This document shows positions 10,350 to 21,015 of a stretch of 64,000 nt of DNA, one piece after another. The translations under genes and the position numbers were made by a program. The first letter of the stretch is position 1. Every line of letters starts with the position of its first letter. Origin of the DNA: Candidatus Hydrothermus pacificus (lineage in GTDB: Bacteria; Hydrothermota; Hydrothermia; Hydrothermales; Hydrothermaceae). The notes under the pieces were generated by a model. That model was not told the origin of the DNA and searched no databases. It saw only the letters and a program-made list of their open reading frames with translations. The stretch lies in the NCBI GenBank assembly GCA_002011615.1, contig MTOH01000008.1, forward strand, positions 6,460 through 70,459, given 5' to 3'.

Positions 10350-10694
10350 CTAACAGGTTAAATGCAAGGCACATACAACTTTTTTACCCTTTTTAACATA
10401 TTCATTAAATAATTTAACAGCCTCTCTGCTCTTTTTAACTTCAACCCTTATCCCCATTTTCCCCAACCTTCCAATCAAATCTTCAGGAACCTTCATAACC
10501 CCTGAATATCCTGTTCCTATTATTAAAACCTCGGGTTTGTATTCAACTACTCCTTCTAAGTCGTCCATACACAAGGAATGTCCCTCTTTTCTCCACCAGT
10601 TTTCTTTTATTCTATCAGGGAAAATTATTAAATCTTTTGTATATTTCTTATTCTCTATAACAATCTCACCGAATTCATACTTTTCTATTTTCAT
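10350..10694 (-). CDS. Mth938-like domain protein
   Basis: 114 aa small alpha/beta protein with a LIIGTG core. It is divergent from hypCD. Confidence 0.5.
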   Translation of the reverse strand: MKIEKYEFGEIVIENKKYTKDLIIFPDRIKENWWRKEGHSLCMDDLEGVVEYKPEVLIIGTGYSGVMKVPEDLIGRLGKMGIRVEVKKSREAVKLFNEYVKKGKKVVCALHLTC

Positions 10695-10734
10695 AGCCTT
10701 TTATTATAAAATATTTTTGCTTTATAATTAAACT

Positions 10735-10980
10735 ATGTGTTTGGGAATACCTGGAAAAGTGATTGAGGTCTATGAAAGGGATGGAACCAAAATGGGAAAG
10801 GTGGAATTCGGTAAGATAAAAAGGGAGGTGTGCCTTTCCTTTACTCCTGATGCAAAACCCGGTGATTATGTGATAGTTCATGTTGGTTTTGCTATAAGCA
10901 TACTCAATGAAAAAGAGGCAATGGAGATTTTTAAAACCTTTAAAGAAATTTCAAGAATAGAGGATGAAATTTCTAACTGA
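10735..10980 (+). CDS. hypC: Hydrogenase maturation factor HypC/HybG
   Basis: Starts MCLGIPGKVIEV, the invariant MC(L/I)(A/G)IP N-terminus. Size is 81 aa. Confidence 0.85.
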   Translation: MCLGIPGKVIEVYERDGTKMGKVEFGKIKREVCLSFTPDAKPGDYVIVHVGFAISILNEKEAMEIFKTFKEISRIEDEISN

Positions 10981-12043
10981 ATACAGAAACAAAGAGATAG
11001 CCCTTGCCTTTTCTAAAAAAATAAAGAGAATTGCAAAAAACAAATGGGTTATAATGGAAATATGCGGGAGCCAGACCCATACAATTTTAAGAGATGGAAT
11101 TGATTTACTTCTGCCAGAAAATGTAATTCTGGTTCATGGACCAGGATGTCCTGTATGTGTAACCCCTCTTGAAATAATCGACTATGCCCATGAACTTTCT
11201 TTAAGAAAAGACGTCATCCTCTGTTCCTACGGCGACATGTTGAGAGTCCCGGGGACAAAAGGAAGTTTAAACGATGCAAAGGCTAAGGGAGGGGATGTAA
11301 AAATGGTTTACTCACCCCTTGATGCCCTTGAAATTGCAAAAAACAACCCTGATAAAAAAATAGTATTTTTTGCCATAGGTTTTGAAACAACCACACCCAT
11401 GAATGCAAAGGCAATTGAGATTGCTGAAAAAGAAAAAATAGAAAACTTCTATGTGCTTACATCCCAGGTAAGGGTTCCCCCTGCAATAGAGGCAATCTTA
11501 AATTCACCGGGTTGCGAAATAAAAGGTTTCCTGGCACCAGGACATGTATGCACTGTAATGGGATATGAAGAATACGAGCCCATTACCGAGAAGTATAATG
11601 TGCCCATTGTTGTGACGGGATTTGAACCCCTTGACATGCTTGAAGGGATTTATCTATTGATAAAAGCATTGGAGGAGAAAAATTACACAGTCATAAACCA
11701 GTACAAAAGATCGGTAAGAAGAGAGGGAAATAAAGAGGCAAAGAAAACAATTCTTAAAATTTTTGAAACAGGAGATATGAGATGGAGGGGGATAGGTGTT
11801 ATTCCTGATTCCGGATTTGTTTTAAAACAAAGATACAAAAAATTTGATGCAAGAAATTTACTTGCTGATAAAATAAAATCCGAAGAAAATAAATTGTGTA
11901 TTGCAGCCGAAATTTTGCAGGGAAAGAAAAAACCAACCGATTGTTCAGCCTACAGGAGAATATGCACGCCCGAAAACCCTCTGGGCGCACCAATGGTATC
12001 ATCTGAAGGAGCATGTGCTGCTTATTATAAGTACGGAAAGTGA
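10964..12043 (+). CDS. hypD: Hydrogenase maturation factor HypD
   Basis: 359 aa with the CGSQTH, GPGCPVC and C-terminal CxxC...C Fe-S motifs of HypD. It overlaps the hypC end. Confidence 0.9.
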   Translation: MKFLTEYRNKEIALAFSKKIKRIAKNKWVIMEICGSQTHTILRDGIDLLLPENVILVHGPGCPVCVTPLEIIDYAHELSLRKDVILCSYGDMLRVPGTKGSLNDAKAKGGDVKMVYSPLDALEIAKNNPDKKIVFFAIGFETTTPMNAKAIEIAEKEKIENFYVLTSQVRVPPAIEAILNSPGCEIKGFLAPGHVCTVMGYEEYEPITEKYNVPIVVTGFEPLDMLEGIYLLIKALEEKNYTVINQYKRSVRREGNKEAKKTILKIFETGDMRWRGIGVIPDSGFVLKQRYKKFDARNLLADKIKSEENKLCIAAEILQGKKKPTDCSAYRRICTPENPLGAPMVSSEGACAAYYKYGK

Positions 12044-14382
12044 AAGTCTTAATACTTCTTTCTCTGTTTTTAAAAATTGAAGGGGTGGTATTTGATCGAG
12101 AGGATAAAAAGCCTGTTATAAATGCCCTGATTTTTAACAAAACAAAAAACATCAAAATATTCACGGATATAAACGGCTTTTTCAGCCATCCAGAATTATC
12201 AAAGGGTGACACACTTGTATTCTCCCATATAGGCTATAAACCCGAAACCCTTGTCGTTAAAGAAAAATTTATAAGAGTATTTATGCAAAAGTCTTTCATA
12301 GAACTTCCCGCTTTTGAGGTAAGGGCGCCACCTGTGGAAAAAAAATTTCAAACAACCGGAACTTACTACAGTAAAAAGGGTATAGAAATAGAACTCATAG
12401 GATGGGAAAATCCCCTTAAAGGCATATCCTCATATCCAGGAGTTATTCAGGGACACATAAGAGGCGGAAGACTTGATGAAGCCCTTTATACCCTTGATGG
12501 AGCTCCTGTAATTGACAATATGAAAAGAGAGGTGGCTTTTGAAATTCCGATATGGGCAATTTCAGAAATGGAACTCTATACAAGTGATTTTGAACCTGAA
12601 TTTGGCGATGTGACTTCAGGGCTTATAAATCTCAGTACAAAAAAATTGAATCTCAAGAATGAGTTAAGACTGATATCAAGAAGTGATTATGTAATGTCTG
12701 ATAAAGGATATAAAGAGGCGAGGTCAGGTGTTTTTCTGTCACGGAAAACCGGATTTTTCTCTTTAAGAGGAACTATAAGCGGGACAAGATTCTGGAAAAC
12801 ATGGGAAAGGTCATACACATATCCTTTTGAAAAGTCTATTGATTTGCTTGGTAACAAAACATTTATATTTGGAAAACACATCTTCATTCTTCAGGATATT
12901 TCACATTTGAAGGAGTGGAGAGAATATGAGCATTTATGGAGCAAATATCCAGAGGGTTTACCTCCAAGAAGAAGGGAAAGTCATAGATTCGGGATTTTGT
13001 ATTCCTATAATTTCAGACCAGGATGGATTCTTGACTTAAGTGCTTTTGACTATATACTGAATTACCAGATACCAGGTAAAGGCACAAGAGAATATGACAT
13101 TGTTTATGAATTTGATACACTCGGATTTGTAACAAAAGGGGACAAACCAATCTGGACAGACAGGTTTCAAAATAGAATATTTTTAAAAGCAAAAGCTCAG
13201 TATATAAGAAAAACCCATGAGTTCTACTTCGGAACAGAAAACAGCTTTTACGACCTTTATCTTAAAGAAGTCCGTCTATACTCAGATTATATAGAAGGTT
13301 ATCATTTTTATTCCTTTATGACTTATTATAACCATTATCATTACCGTCCTTATCAGAATGCGATGTTTTTATCATGGAAAATAAGAAGCGGAGAAACCCT
13401 TTTACATGCAGGATTGAGATACGATAGGTTTGATCCGAGAGCATGGAGACCAAAGGTGGAAATACCTCTTGAATATCCACCTCCTGAATGGGTTTATGAG
13501 ATAAAAGACAGTGTGAAGGCAAAACCAAAAGACCAGATAAGTCCGAGAATTGGTTTATCAATCAGAATGTATGATGCCATATTCAGATTGAATTACGGAA
13601 GGTATTTTAAAATCCCACAATTTGAATACCTTTACAGCAACCCTTTCTACAATATCCAGACAGGATATCTTCCCCTTTATGGAGACCCTGATTTAAAACC
13701 TTCCAGGACAGACATTTATGAAATCTCATGGACATATATCATGAACAGAAATCAGAACTTAAACATCAATTTCTTTTACAGAGAATCAAATAATCTCGTT
13801 GACGCATTGAGAGCAATGCCAGATACAGCATCACTCACTGACCTGAGTACAGGTTTTACCATATATGGAGATGTGGGAACTGCAACGGTTCATGGGATAG
13901 AGTTTTCCTGGGAGGGTTCATATCCTTCTTTGAGATGGGTTTTATCCTATACACTCATGAATGCAGTGGGCACTTTTGGAACATGGCTTGAAGAGCCCTC
14001 TGAACTTGAAGGCGTCTATATTGAACCCGGCGAAACCTATCCTTTAAGCTGGGACCAGAGACACACAATAGCCTTTGAGCTAACTTATGGAAAACCCGAT
14101 AAATCCTTTATTTCTCTTTATGGAAAATGGGGAAGCGGACTTCCCTACTCTCCGGAAAGTGGCAAACCAAATTCAAAAAGATTACCCCCCAATTTTGAAA
14201 GTAAACTCAGAATAGGAACAAGATGGAAAAAATTGCTTATCAGTTTTACAGTTGACAATATCATAAACAGAAGAAATGTCTTATGGGTTGATGGAAACGG
14301 GAATCCAGGAGGAAGATTAAATGACCCTATGGCCTATTCTGAAGGAAGGAGAATATGGTTAGAAATCTCCTTATACTTTTAA
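12040..14382 (+). CDS. TonB-dependent-receptor-like outer-membrane beta-barrel protein with N-terminal carboxypeptidase-regulatory-like domain
   Basis: 780 aa with a signal peptide. An N-terminal CarboxypepD_reg-like fold is followed by a plug-like region. The C-terminus is a long Tyr/Gly/aromatic-rich barrel ending ...WLEISLYF. The start ATG overlaps the hypD stop (ATGA). Confidence 0.6.
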   Translation: MKVLILLSLFLKIEGVVFDREDKKPVINALIFNKTKNIKIFTDINGFFSHPELSKGDTLVFSHIGYKPETLVVKEKFIRVFMQKSFIELPAFEVRAPPVEKKFQTTGTYYSKKGIEIELIGWENPLKGISSYPGVIQGHIRGGRLDEALYTLDGAPVIDNMKREVAFEIPIWAISEMELYTSDFEPEFGDVTSGLINLSTKKLNLKNELRLISRSDYVMSDKGYKEARSGVFLSRKTGFFSLRGTISGTRFWKTWERSYTYPFEKSIDLLGNKTFIFGKHIFILQDISHLKEWREYEHLWSKYPEGLPPRRRESHRFGILYSYNFRPGWILDLSAFDYILNYQIPGKGTREYDIVYEFDTLGFVTKGDKPIWTDRFQNRIFLKAKAQYIRKTHEFYFGTENSFYDLYLKEVRLYSDYIEGYHFYSFMTYYNHYHYRPYQNAMFLSWKIRSGETLLHAGLRYDRFDPRAWRPKVEIPLEYPPPEWVYEIKDSVKAKPKDQISPRIGLSIRMYDAIFRLNYGRYFKIPQFEYLYSNPFYNIQTGYLPLYGDPDLKPSRTDIYEISWTYIMNRNQNLNINFFYRESNNLVDALRAMPDTASLTDLSTGFTIYGDVGTATVHGIEFSWEGSYPSLRWVLSYTLMNAVGTFGTWLEEPSELEGVYIEPGETYPLSWDQRHTIAFELTYGKPDKSFISLYGKWGSGLPYSPESGKPNSKRLPPNFESKLRIGTRWKKLLISFTVDNIINRRNVLWVDGNGNPGGRLNDPMAYSEGRRIWLEISLYF

Positions 14383-14726
14383 TACTATTTACAATAATTG
14401 AAAATGGTTGTTTAAGGAAACAAAAAAACGTTATTCAGGAACCTGCCTGGCCAAGATATAAAGTTGAAGGATGGGTTTATGATACCACAACACTTCTGCC
14501 GATTGATAGTGCCACTGTGATAATTGTCCCCTATCTTTTCCTTTTTTCTGAAAATACTCCTCCTGAAACAACATTTACGGATTCCTCTGGATACTTCCTC
14601 TTTGAAGCAATACCTGCAAGTGCGGGGACATTGAAGGCATACAGGGCAGACTATCATGGATTAAAAAAAGAAGTGGTGATACAGAAAAACAGAGTATTTG
14701 AAATTTTCCTTAAACCCAGACCTTAG
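14355..14726 (+). CDS. Putative lipoprotein with carboxypeptidase-regulatory-like domain
   Basis: Signal peptide with lipobox (IENGC). The GWVYD...DSSGYFLFEAIPAG pattern is a CarboxypepD_reg fold. Size is 123 aa. Confidence 0.4.
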   Translation: MVRNLLILLILFTIIENGCLRKQKNVIQEPAWPRYKVEGWVYDTTTLLPIDSATVIIVPYLFLFSENTPPETTFTDSSGYFLFEAIPASAGTLKAYRADYHGLKKEVVIQKNRVFEIFLKPRP

Positions 14727-14768
14727 AGCATTTTGTAGTCGTTTTTTATTTCCTTTATACTTAAACAA

Positions 14769-16064
14769 ATGAAAAAGTTCAGCATAATAACCTTCGGATG
14801 TCAGATGAATGTGAGGGATTCTCATATTATAAGGGAAAAATTATTAGAAGAAAACTATATTGAGGAAAGTCCTGAAAATTGTGATTTTGTAGTAATAAAC
14901 ACCTGTTCTGTAAGAAAAAAGGCGGAAAATAAAGCAAAGGTTTATGTAAGGGAATATAAGAAAAAAGGCAAATCAGTAATAGTTGCGGGCTGTATTCCCC
15001 ATCATGATGAAAAAAATCTTTTAAAAATAGGAGCTGACATAGTAATAGGAACAAAAAATTATGCTTTTATCCACAAAATAATTAAAGAATGGCAAAACCA
15101 GAAAAAACCAGAGTCTTTTTTAAACAGGACACCGAAAAAGGAAATTTTTGAGCCGATTAAAAAGCCCGAGGATATATCAACCTTTGTTGATATAATGCAC
15201 GGATGCGATAATTTCTGCTCTTTCTGTGTTGTTCCTTATACAAGGGGTAGGGAGGTTTCAAGGGATGCTTTTGAAATAATAGAAGAAATAAAATGTCTGG
15301 TAAAACAGGGAGTAAAAGAAATAACCCTTATAGGTCAGAATGTAAACTCTTACTTTGATGGAAAATATGACTTTGCAGAACTCCTTGCAATTATAGAGGA
15401 AATTCCGGGCAAATTCTGGGTAAAGTATTCCTCACCCAATCCAAGAGATTTTTCTTATAAGGTTATAAAAACAATCAAAAATTCTGAGAAAATATCAAGA
15501 TGGTTTCATATGCCTCTGCAATCAGGCTCAACAAAAGTCCTTAAACTTATGAAAAGAGACTACACAAAGGAAGAATATCTTGATTTGATAAACCTGATAA
15601 GGGGTGAACTCCCGGAGGCGGTTATCACTACCGATACAATAACAGGATTTCCAGGGGAAGATGAAAAGGACTTTGAAGAAACCCTTGATGTGGTGAGAAA
15701 GGTTAAATTTGATATGGCTTTTATGTTCAAATATTCCAGAAGACCCAGAACGCCTGCATCCTTTTTAAAGAATCAGCTGTCCGAAAGGGTCAAGGCCGAA
15801 AGGCTTGATAAACTTATAAAAGAGGTAACAAAAGGCATTCTTGAAAGGAGAAAAGAGAGAATAGGAAAGGTTTATGAAATTTTAATCCTAGAAAAAGCAG
15901 AGAAATATAGAGGATACAGCAAAGGAATAACAAGGGAAAATGTCAAAATATTAATAAAAGGTGAATTTGAAAAAGGGGCGTTTATAACCTGTAAAATTAA
16001 AGAGTTAAAAGGTCATAGTTTAATAGGAGAAAATTTAAAGGAGGCTCAAAAATGTATTTTATAA
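14769..16064 (+). CDS. miaB: tRNA-i6A37 methylthiotransferase MiaB
   Basis: 431 aa with the MTTase N-domain (FGCQMN...NTCSVR), radical SAM CDNFCSFC and a C-terminal TRAM domain. Confidence 0.85.
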   Translation: MKKFSIITFGCQMNVRDSHIIREKLLEENYIEESPENCDFVVINTCSVRKKAENKAKVYVREYKKKGKSVIVAGCIPHHDEKNLLKIGADIVIGTKNYAFIHKIIKEWQNQKKPESFLNRTPKKEIFEPIKKPEDISTFVDIMHGCDNFCSFCVVPYTRGREVSRDAFEIIEEIKCLVKQGVKEITLIGQNVNSYFDGKYDFAELLAIIEEIPGKFWVKYSSPNPRDFSYKVIKTIKNSEKISRWFHMPLQSGSTKVLKLMKRDYTKEEYLDLINLIRGELPEAVITTDTITGFPGEDEKDFEETLDVVRKVKFDMAFMFKYSRRPRTPASFLKNQLSERVKAERLDKLIKEVTKGILERRKERIGKVYEILILEKAEKYRGYSKGITRENVKILIKGEFEKGAFITCKIKELKGHSLIGENLKEAQKCIL

Positions 16065-16396
16065 GACTTTTTATTTATCTTGCCTTCTTCTTCCTTCTCC
16101 TCTTCATAATGCTCCAGAACTCAATTGAAAAAGTAAATCTCTATTTCTTTAACATTACTTTTGAACAGTTACATGTATTCTGGATAATATTTTTCTCATT
16201 TCTCGCTGGCTCATTTTTTGCCTGGCTTATAACAGTATATCAGGAAATTGTTTACAGAGTTAAGATATTCAGGCAAAAAAATGAAATAAAAAATCTAAGG
16301 AAGGAAGTCCATAATCTCAGAAAAATGATTGTTGAAGAGCCTGAAACACCAGAAATTAAAGAAACAGAGAGCGGTGTGGAAGATGTTTCTGATTGA
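16052..16396 (+). CDS. LapA-like (DUF1049) inner-membrane protein
   Basis: Two TM helices followed by a charged coiled tail. It is paired with the downstream TPR/zinc-ribbon LapB-like gene. Confidence 0.5.
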   Translation: MYFIRLFIYLAFFFLLLFIMLQNSIEKVNLYFFNITFEQLHVFWIIFFSFLAGSFFAWLITVYQEIVYRVKIFRQKNEIKNLRKEVHNLRKMIVEEPETPEIKETESGVEDVSD

Positions 16397-17339
16397 GGAA
16401 TTTAAAAAGTTTCATAAAGGTAAATATCTTTCTCTGGAGGAATACCTAAATCTTGGAATAAGATTAAGAGAAGAAGGATTTTCTGAAAAGGCGGTAAAGA
16501 TTCACAAAAGCCTTCTCGCAATCCCTAATTTAAAAAAAGAGAATGAAAGGCAAATCAAAAAAGAACTGGGTTTTGATTATATGGATATGGGAGATTATAA
16601 AAATGCCTTGAAATATCTTGTTGAAGCGAACAAACTTTATAAAGGGAAGGAAAAACCTTTAAAGGAGAAATTGCTCTATGCTTTTGAAAAGAACAGGTTG
16701 TGGGAAGAAGCTGCGGATTTGAAAAAGAATATTTTAACCCAAGAAAAGAAATTTACTGAGAAAACTTTTTCCTTTTATCTTTCAAAGATAGGCGAAATAC
16801 TTTACTTTGAGGGAGATTACAAAAGGGCAAAAGATTTTTTCATAAAATCAATAAAAACATATCCCAATAATCCTGTGGTCTATTTTTATCTTGCGGAAAT
16901 GGAAAAAAACAAGAACAAAAAACTTGAATATTACAAAAAAGCCCTTGAAATTGATGGGAATATGAAAAAAATGGTGTACGAGAGGGTAAAAACCCTCTTA
17001 TTTGAGGAAAAAGATTATGAGGCCTTTCATAAATTTCTTGAGCAAGAAGATGACGAACTTGCAAAATGCTACCTTGCAGAATACCTTTTTCAGAAAGGGA
17101 GTGAAGAAGATTCAGAAAGGATACTCCGAGAATTAAACAGTTCTGAAGAAGAAGTAAATAAAAAAGGACTGGAAATAGCAATACTGCTTAAAAACATTTC
17201 ACTTATAGAAAAATTCAGCAAGGGCTTGAGCAATTCAAAGGCAAAAGAATATGAATGTAGAATATGCGGTTATACAAGCAATAATCATAGATTTTTCTGC
17301 CCTGAATGTGAAGGTGAATTTTCTTTTATAAGAACTTAA
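16383..17339 (+). CDS. LapB/YciM-like TPR protein with C-terminal rubredoxin-like zinc ribbon
   Basis: TPR repeats plus C-terminal CRICGYTSNNHRFFCPECEG. The ORF track starts at 16329. The internal ATG at 16383 gives a 14-nt overlap with lapA and is preferred. Confidence 0.6.
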   Translation: MFLIEEFKKFHKGKYLSLEEYLNLGIRLREEGFSEKAVKIHKSLLAIPNLKKENERQIKKELGFDYMDMGDYKNALKYLVEANKLYKGKEKPLKEKLLYAFEKNRLWEEAADLKKNILTQEKKFTEKTFSFYLSKIGEILYFEGDYKRAKDFFIKSIKTYPNNPVVYFYLAEMEKNKNKKLEYYKKALEIDGNMKKMVYERVKTLLFEEKDYEAFHKFLEQEDDELAKCYLAEYLFQKGSEEDSERILRELNSSEEEVNKKGLEIAILLKNISLIEKFSKGLSNSKAKEYECRICGYTSNNHRFFCPECEGEFSFIRT

Positions 17340-19862
17340 ATGGAGTTAACTCCTCTTCTTAAACAATACAATTCAATAAAGAAAAAATATACGGAAGAGT
17401 TATTACTTTTTAGAATGGGCGATTTCTATGAGTTTTTCTATGAAGATGCAAAAGTTGCATCAAAAGCTCTGGGGATTGTTCTGACCTCAAAACCTGTGGG
17501 CAAAAATACGAGAATCCCGATGGCAGGTGTTCCAGTAAAAGCTGCTGAAACTTATATAAAAGAGCTTTTGAAAAAAGGATTTAAAGTTGCTATATGTGAA
17601 CAGGTTGAGGAAGGTAAAAAACTTTTCAAAAGGGAAGTAATTGAAGTTTTAACACCTGGAACAATTACTCTACCATCTCTTTTAAAACCCGATGAAAAAA
17701 ACTTCATTTTGTCATTTTATACTCATAAAGATAGAATGGGTGTTTCTATACTTGAAATCACAACAGGCGAATTTATATCAGGTGAAATAAAAATAGACGA
17801 AATAAACATCCTTAAAGAAAAATACAGACCTTCTGAAGTTTTAGTCCCCAGAGAGAATGAAATTGAAAATTTTTTAAAAGAAATAACTGTGAATTTTTAC
17901 GAGACAGGCATATACGATATTGACAATGCGGAAAAGAGACTTTTAAGATTTTTTGGAGTTGCTTCTCTTGAAGGATTTGGTGTCAAAAAGGATTACGGCA
18001 TAATAGCAGGTTCTTATCTTCTTGACTATGTTGAAGACAAAAAGAAAAAAGGACTTGAGCATATAAAAAAGATAAAACCCCTGAACCTACAGAACAGAAT
18101 GGTTCTTGACAGACTCACAAAAAGGAATCTTGAAATAATTGAGAGAATACATCCTGAAGAAAAAGGAGCCACTCTTTTTGATGTTTTAAACAAGACAAGA
18201 ACACCTATGGGTAAAAGATTCCTTAAGGAAACCCTTATATCACCTCTTATGGACAAAGAAGAAATAGAGGAAAGAATTTCTGGCGTTGAGGTTCTTATAA
18301 AACATCCTTTTTTAAGAAAATCCATTGAAGAAATATTTGAGGAATTTTGTGATTTAGAAAGAACTCTTTCAAAAATATCAAATGAAAGATACCACCCGCA
18401 GGATATAAGAAAACTTGGAGAAAACCTATCCCTTGTTCCAAAATTAAAAGAAATACTGAAGGATGCTCCAACTGATATATTTAAAGAAATGGAGAAAGGA
18501 ATTTCAGAATTTTCAGAACTCTATAACCTTATTCTAAATCATATAAATGAAAATCCACCTGTTGTAGGTGAAGGAGAAGTTATAAAAAGGGGGGTTAATA
18601 AAGAACTCGATGAACTCAGGGAATGGAACCTGAACAGCAAAAAGAACTTAAAGGAAATTGAAAAAAGGGAAAGGAAAAAGACAGGCATTCCAAAATTACG
18701 CATAGGTTATAACTCGGTTTTTGGCTATTATATAGAAGTAACAAAGTCCTATTTAAATCTTGTTCCGGAAAACTATATAAGGAAACAAACTCTTACAAAC
18801 TCAGAGAGATTTATAACCGATGAGATAAAGGAAATTGAATCAAAGATTCTCGGAGGTGAGGAAAGAATAAAAGAGATAGAAAAACAGATATTAAAGGAAA
18901 TTGCAGAGAAGATTATTGAAAAATCCATAGAAATACAGGAACTTTCTGATAAAATAGCCCTGATTGATATGCTCCTTTCCTTTGCAGAAGTTTCAAAGGA
19001 ATACGGGTATAAAAAGCCCGAGATAACAGAAGAAAAGGAAATATACATAGAAAAGGGAAGGCATCCTGTTGTTGAAAGATTTGTAGATGAATTTGTTCCC
19101 AATGATACTGATTTAAATCCTGATGTATATTTCTGGATAATCACAGGACCCAACATGTCGGGTAAATCAACATATTTAAGGCAGGTGGCCTTAATAACCC
19201 TTTTAGCTCAGTGCGGGTGTTTTGTCCCTGCTGAGAGAGCAAGAATAGGCATTGTTGACAGGATATTCACAAGAATAGGTGCAACCGATGACCTATCAAG
19301 GGGAGTTTCAACCTTTTATGCTGAAATGCTTGAAACCGCAAACATATTGAACAATGCAACTGAAAAAAGTTTGATTTTACTCGATGAGATAGGAAGAGGA
19401 ACATCAACCTATGATGGGCTTGCCCTTGCATGGAGTGTATCAGAGGAAATAGCGGATAAACTCAGGGCAAGAACCCTTTTTGCAACCCATTATCATGAGT
19501 TAACATCCCTTGCTGAAAATAAAAAAGGAATGGAAAATTACACTGTTCTGGTAAAGGAATGGAAGGATGAGGTAATATTTTTAAGAAAAGTTGAAAAGGG
19601 AATACAGGATAAAAGTTATGGAATATATGTTGCAAAAATTGCGGGAATTCATGAAGGCATAATAAAAAGAGCAAAGGAAATCCTCAAATTTTTTGAAAGC
19701 AAAAGGGAGATGAAAAGATACATAAAAATAGAATATCCTCAACTCGAACTTTTTGAAAAAGAAGATAAAATTAAAGAGAGATTAAAAAACATAAATATTG
19801 ACGAACTTTCGCCCAAGGAAGCCCTTGACCTTCTTTACGAGATTAAAAAAGAGATAGAATAG
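17340..19862 (+). CDS. mutS: DNA mismatch repair protein MutS
   Basis: 840 aa with the N-terminal mismatch-binding motif (GDFYEFF) and Walker A GPNMSGKST in the C-terminal ATPase. Confidence 0.9.
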   Translation: MELTPLLKQYNSIKKKYTEELLLFRMGDFYEFFYEDAKVASKALGIVLTSKPVGKNTRIPMAGVPVKAAETYIKELLKKGFKVAICEQVEEGKKLFKREVIEVLTPGTITLPSLLKPDEKNFILSFYTHKDRMGVSILEITTGEFISGEIKIDEINILKEKYRPSEVLVPRENEIENFLKEITVNFYETGIYDIDNAEKRLLRFFGVASLEGFGVKKDYGIIAGSYLLDYVEDKKKKGLEHIKKIKPLNLQNRMVLDRLTKRNLEIIERIHPEEKGATLFDVLNKTRTPMGKRFLKETLISPLMDKEEIEERISGVEVLIKHPFLRKSIEEIFEEFCDLERTLSKISNERYHPQDIRKLGENLSLVPKLKEILKDAPTDIFKEMEKGISEFSELYNLILNHINENPPVVGEGEVIKRGVNKELDELREWNLNSKKNLKEIEKRERKKTGIPKLRIGYNSVFGYYIEVTKSYLNLVPENYIRKQTLTNSERFITDEIKEIESKILGGEERIKEIEKQILKEIAEKIIEKSIEIQELSDKIALIDMLLSFAEVSKEYGYKKPEITEEKEIYIEKGRHPVVERFVDEFVPNDTDLNPDVYFWIITGPNMSGKSTYLRQVALITLLAQCGCFVPAERARIGIVDRIFTRIGATDDLSRGVSTFYAEMLETANILNNATEKSLILLDEIGRGTSTYDGLALAWSVSEEIADKLRARTLFATHYHELTSLAENKKGMENYTVLVKEWKDEVIFLRKVEKGIQDKSYGIYVAKIAGIHEGIIKRAKEILKFFESKREMKRYIKIEYPQLELFEKEDKIKERLKNINIDELSPKEALDLLYEIKKEIE

Positions 19863-19995
19863 AATTTTCAATTAAGGTCTTTGCCAGGGAGTTGAATTGT
19901 CTCATTAAGAATTTAACTGAAATAAAAAAGTTAGATTTTATATGAGCTGAGGAGGTAAATTTTTTACCACCAGAAAAACGACACTTAAGAAGCAG

Positions 19996-21015
19996 TTATA
20001 TATACTTTTTCACACCCTCAATAATCTCTTTAAAGGGAGGAGTTTTAAACCACTTTCTTTTTGTTATTTCATTTGCATAGGATTTGTAGATATTTTCTAT
20101 TAGAACTTTCAGTTCTTCAGGAAGTTTTGGTGGAGGGTTTTCAACATAATCCTTCCAGTTTATTCTGTCTTTTTTCTTTGCGGATTCAACCTCTTTATAC
20201 CAATCTGTTTTTCTGTAATAAATCCTTGCGATTTCCTTGCTTACAGGGATTCCCTCATAGGTAAACCTGCATTCATCAAGGGTTCCAAGAGCATCAACAA
20301 GTATTACATTCCTTTTCTCATCAAAACCGTATTCAACTTTTCCATCCTCGTTGAAAAAACCCAGTTTTTTTGTTTCCTCTATTATCAAATTATTTATAAA
20401 TAAAGTTTTTTCTTTAATTTCTTTTAATTCCTCATCGGTTAAACCTGCAATCTCTTTTGCCTCCTCCCACTTAATGTATCTGTCTGTTTCCTCAAGTTTT
20501 GTTGAGACATCAAGAACTGGATTTTTAAGTTTCTGTCCTGGAACCGGCTCTGAATCAAGACCTAAATCTCTGTAGGTAATACTCCCCTCTTTTAATCTTC
20601 TGAAAACAGATGAGCCAGGAGGAAGGGAATTCCTGTAAATAATCTCAAGGGGAATTAAAAAATTAAATCTTTCCCTTTTATAAATTGAATAATCGTATCT
20701 GCCATTTTTAATTTCGGGTTTTAAAACCCTTAAAAGTTTTATCTCCATTACATTTGAAGGCTTTTCCAAGTCTTTAAGTCTTTTAACCTTCCCATCCTCA
20801 ACAAGACCTATGTAATGGGTTTTAAATCCCATATCTTCCAGTTTTTCAAAAAAATATGCTGTAACCAGGCAAATTGCACTACCTTTACCCTCTATATGGT
20901 CGGGCATTTCTCCCCAGTCAAAAACCGAATACCTGTCAGAGAATACAAATCTTCCTCTACCGGGCCTTGTGCCTTCGGATTTTTCAATCAAAACCAAATC
21001 TTTAACACTACCCAT
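19996..21015 (-). CDS. purC: Phosphoribosylaminoimidazole-succinocarboxamide synthase (SAICAR synthetase, long form)
   Basis: N-terminal GKVKDL...GRGRFVFSDRYSVFD matches the SAICAR synthetase ATP-binding region. It overlaps the purE end. Confidence 0.7.
   Translation of the reverse strand: MGSVKDLVLIEKSEGTRPGRGRFVFSDRYSVFDWGEMPDHIEGKGSAICLVTAYFFEKLEDMGFKTHYIGLVEDGKVKRLKDLEKPSNVMEIKLLRVLKPEIKNGRYDYSIYKRERFNFLIPLEIIYRNSLPPGSSVFRRLKEGSITYRDLGLDSEPVPGQKLKNPVLDVSTKLEETDRYIKWEEAKEIAGLTDEELKEIKEKTLFINNLIIEETKKLGFFNEDGKVEYGFDEKRNVILVDALGTLDECRFTYEGIPVSKEIARIYYRKTDWYKEVESAKKKDRINWKDYVENPPPKLPEELKVLIENIYKSYANEITKRKWFKTPPFKEIIEGVKKYI

Noticed and set aside
19862-19996. Weak A/T-rich inverted repeat GGTAAATTTTTTACC between convergent mutS and purC as a bidirectional terminator
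   Set aside because: Only a 6-bp A/T stem with low stability. Not convincing enough to annotate.
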